Below, piece after piece: positions 60,421-64,000 of a stretch of DNA of 64,000 bases. The position numbers were made by a program, and so were the translations under genes. The DNA lies in NCBI RefSeq assembly GCF_009914755.1, contig NC_060934.1. One strand, given 5' to 3'. The DNA comes from the human T2T-CHM13v2.0 reference genome, Homo sapiens. Each line of letters begins with the position of its first letter. The first letter of the stretch is position 1. The notes below the pieces were generated by a model, which made no database searches, was not told the origin of the DNA, and saw nothing but the letters and a program-made list of their open reading frames with translations.

Positions 60421-61235
60421 TATGTCTATCATTCCTCAAATTAATTTTTTTTAAAGCAAAGGATTTAGCTCAGAGCTCAAAATTATTCAAAAAGAGGGTT
60501 TGACACGCATACAAGTTTATAACCAGTAGAATTGGATTATTGGCCACTTGAGGATAATTGACAGTCTAAGGATTGTGCAAGGATTGCTTTAAAGAAAATA
60601 CATTCTTATGGCAGATTTGACATAGCCAACTACATTTTCATAATGTTATTATACTTACGTTCTTCAGCTTCCTTCAGAAAATTGGTTCTTTGCTATTTTG
60701 TCTAACCTCTTCACTTGGGCAATGGCCTTTACAAGAATAGATTTAAGTTATTCTGGTCTGTGATGTAGACTTGCAATGCTATGCTGAACTCAGACTATGT
60801 CATGAAGAAGCCCAGCCAAACTATTAGTTTGCCTTATGAAATTACTGTTATTTAATTATTTTTTATTACCAAAAGCAATTTTCTATGATTCATCTTTATA
60901 GTTAATATTAGGTAGAAAAATAACCAGAACATTGCCATTTCCCTTATTTTACCTTTTTGCATTGGTGTAACTCCAATCTGGGTCTTATAATGGGATCTTT
61001 GAGCTCAAGTAAGGAATTTTATACACAGAATTTTGTATTGTAAGCATCACTGTCTTACATAACCTTTTCAACCATGACCAAAGGGTTCACAACATGACCA
61101 ATGGTTAATTTTAGTGAATTATTTAACAAGTTAATTATCCCCAGTTTCTTCAGAACATGTGGTTCTTCCTTAGGTCAACTACTCATTTCACATCTCTTAA
61201 CTACATGGCTTATAGTAATAAAAGATGTGTGAAGT

Positions 61236-62039
61236 TTATTTTTTCCCAGGTTTATTGAGATATAATTGACAAATAAGAATTTTATATATTTAAGAAAAAA
61301 TGTGATAATTTGATATATGTCAATAAATAATTGTCACAATGAATCTAATTAACACATCTATCGCCTCACAGTTACCTTTATTTTTGAGAACACTTAAGAT
61401 CTACTATCTTAGCAAATTTCAAGTATACAATATGGTATGATTAATTACAGTCATCATGCTGTATATTAGATTCCTAAAGCTTATAACTGAAAACGTGAAC
61501 CCTTTGACCAACATCTCCCTGTTTCTCTCTCTTCCTGGACTTGGGCAACCATCATTCTACTCTCTGCTTCCATGAATTTGACTTCTTTACATTCCACACA
61601 TAAATGAGATCATACATTATTTGTCTTTTTGTGTCTGGCTTATTTCACTTAGTATAATGTCCTCTGGGTTCATCTATGTTGTCAAAAATGGCAAGCTTTC
61701 CTTCTTTTTTTAATGGTTGAGTGATATTGTGTTTTATATATATTTCACATTCTCTTTCTTCGTTTGTCCCTCAATGGATACTTACGATGTTTCCCTATCT
61801 TGGCTGTTGTGAATAATGCTGCAATGATCATGGGAATGCAGATATCTCTTTGAGATTCTGATTTTATTTCCTTTGAACATATGCCCAAAAGTAGGATTGC
61901 TGGATCAAACGGTAGTTGTGTTTTTAATTTTTTGAGGAACCTCGATACTGTTTTCCTTAATGGCTATACTAATTTACATATAAATGGCCAGCAGACACAT
62001 GAAAAGTCCCTCAAAATCACTAATCATGAAGGAATTGCA
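61236..62039 (-). mobile_element. L1MA-type 3' fragment with short inverted 5' piece
   Basis: L1MA 3'UTR (tttattgagatataattgac, cttaagatctactatcttagcaaatttcaag) to 61980, then sense-oriented ORF2 piece 61982-62039. Confidence 0.85.
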
Positions 62040-62147
62040 CTTCATTCTTCAGCCCAACCCAAACTTAGTTGCTTTACAATAATATACCAAGGAAGTATAG
62101 ATAGTGATGTAAATTCTTGTTGTTGTTGCAGTTTTAAAAATTGTTGT

Positions 62148-62715
<568 letters not shown>

Positions 62716-64000
62716 CCTGTTCTCCTTCACCTTCCATTTCTTTAAAAAAGCAATACAATTCTTAAAAATGTACTCCTGTAAAATCACCCTTGTACATAAG
62801 TATCATTTCTATTTCAATTGAAAGGCAGTCTTAATGGACGGTTTGGCAAACCAGAAATGTTTGTAGTGCCATATGTCTCAGAAGGCTGGAGTGTACAGAA
62901 TTCTAAGTGAAAAACTGAGTTGTCGATATGTCTACTGGATTTTTACATAATAACAATAGGCTAATAAATATTTAACCTTTCTTAAATCTAGCTGCTGTGG
63001 AAGCGATGTCTGTTTTATTATTTTCATAACAAAAACAAACAAAATAAACAAAATAGTCTAAAAGATGAGATCTTTGAAGGCATATCCCATAGAGTATGCC
63101 TCATAGGGTCTTGAATATGATAAACCTTCAGTAAGTTTCTGATGCGTGACTAGAACAGTGGTTTTGAAATAGACCATAATGCATTGTTTTGCTCTAAAGT
63201 CTATTTGGGTGAAATCCTTATATTCTCAAGTAACTTAATTTGCTCCCCAGTGTAAATATTTAAACTTTTTACTTTTCATAAAACAAAATTAAAGCAAGCA
63301 GTATTTTAGCTAAATGTCGTATAGTTTTGGTTCCAGATAGTGAACCAGGAAGTATTCCTGAATTGTAAGCTACCTTTATTAAGATAATATGTTAGTCATA
63401 TTTTCTAAAGGGCTCATAGGTTTTTAAACTTTCAGAGAGAAAATGGTTTCATACTTATTTTATGCACATAATCCTCATGAATATGATACTAATTGGACTA
63501 CAGTAAATGGAAAATAATAAAGGAAACAATGAATATCAGATTTTACATATTTGCTTCTTTACAAAAATCAATTCCTGAAATGGATGGAATGTAATGTGGT
63601 GCTATCAAAACCTTTGTGGTTAAATTTACTTTTAAACTTTTTGCTTTATTATCTTTTGGCGGCTAGAAAACCTTTGATTAATCTCTGTGAAAGAAATTAA
63701 ACTTTAAACCTTACACACTAAAGAGAAAACGCTTCCAAGGTACACAGTGAATAAGCTTATTAACTTTAAAATTAATCAGTCAACACTAGCAAATTCACAG
63801 TTAGGAAACTATGCTGATAATTATATAATACTTACATTATGCTCCTATTTGATTTACTCTATTTGCTAATTTCTCAGTAATAATAATTCATTATATTTTT
63901 GATAGCCTATAATTTCTATTGCAAAGATTTCAATTTGCACTCTTTACATACTTTTGGTTTTATGACAGAATTTTAAAATGATATGCAAACTTGAGTTTAG

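Overview
Primate (human-like) AT-rich intronic/intergenic DNA. No protein-coding exon can be supported. Much of the window is interspersed repeat: Alu (J/S/Y, FLAM, FRAM-like), L1, L2, L3/CR1, MIR, Tigger3, MER20, MER53, MER5 and MLT1 LTRs. There is one CpG-island promoter (~43.6-44.7 kb) with a Z-DNA-prone tract. Splice-signal-bounded candidate exons suggest a minus-strand transcript from the island overlapping a plus-strand spliced non-coding transcript with two alternative 3' ends. The most striking observation is in the full-length L1PA7/8-like element (45.7-51.8 kb, minus strand). A ~1.7 kb tract centred on the ORF2 endonuclease domain carries dense, strand-specific A>G changes on the L1 sense strand, the signature expected if ADAR-hyper-edited L1 RNA was reverse-transcribed into the genome. 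Repeat subfamily calls and consensus comparisons were made by eye from recalled consensus sequences and need RepeatMasker/Dfam confirmation. I could not identify the host gene.
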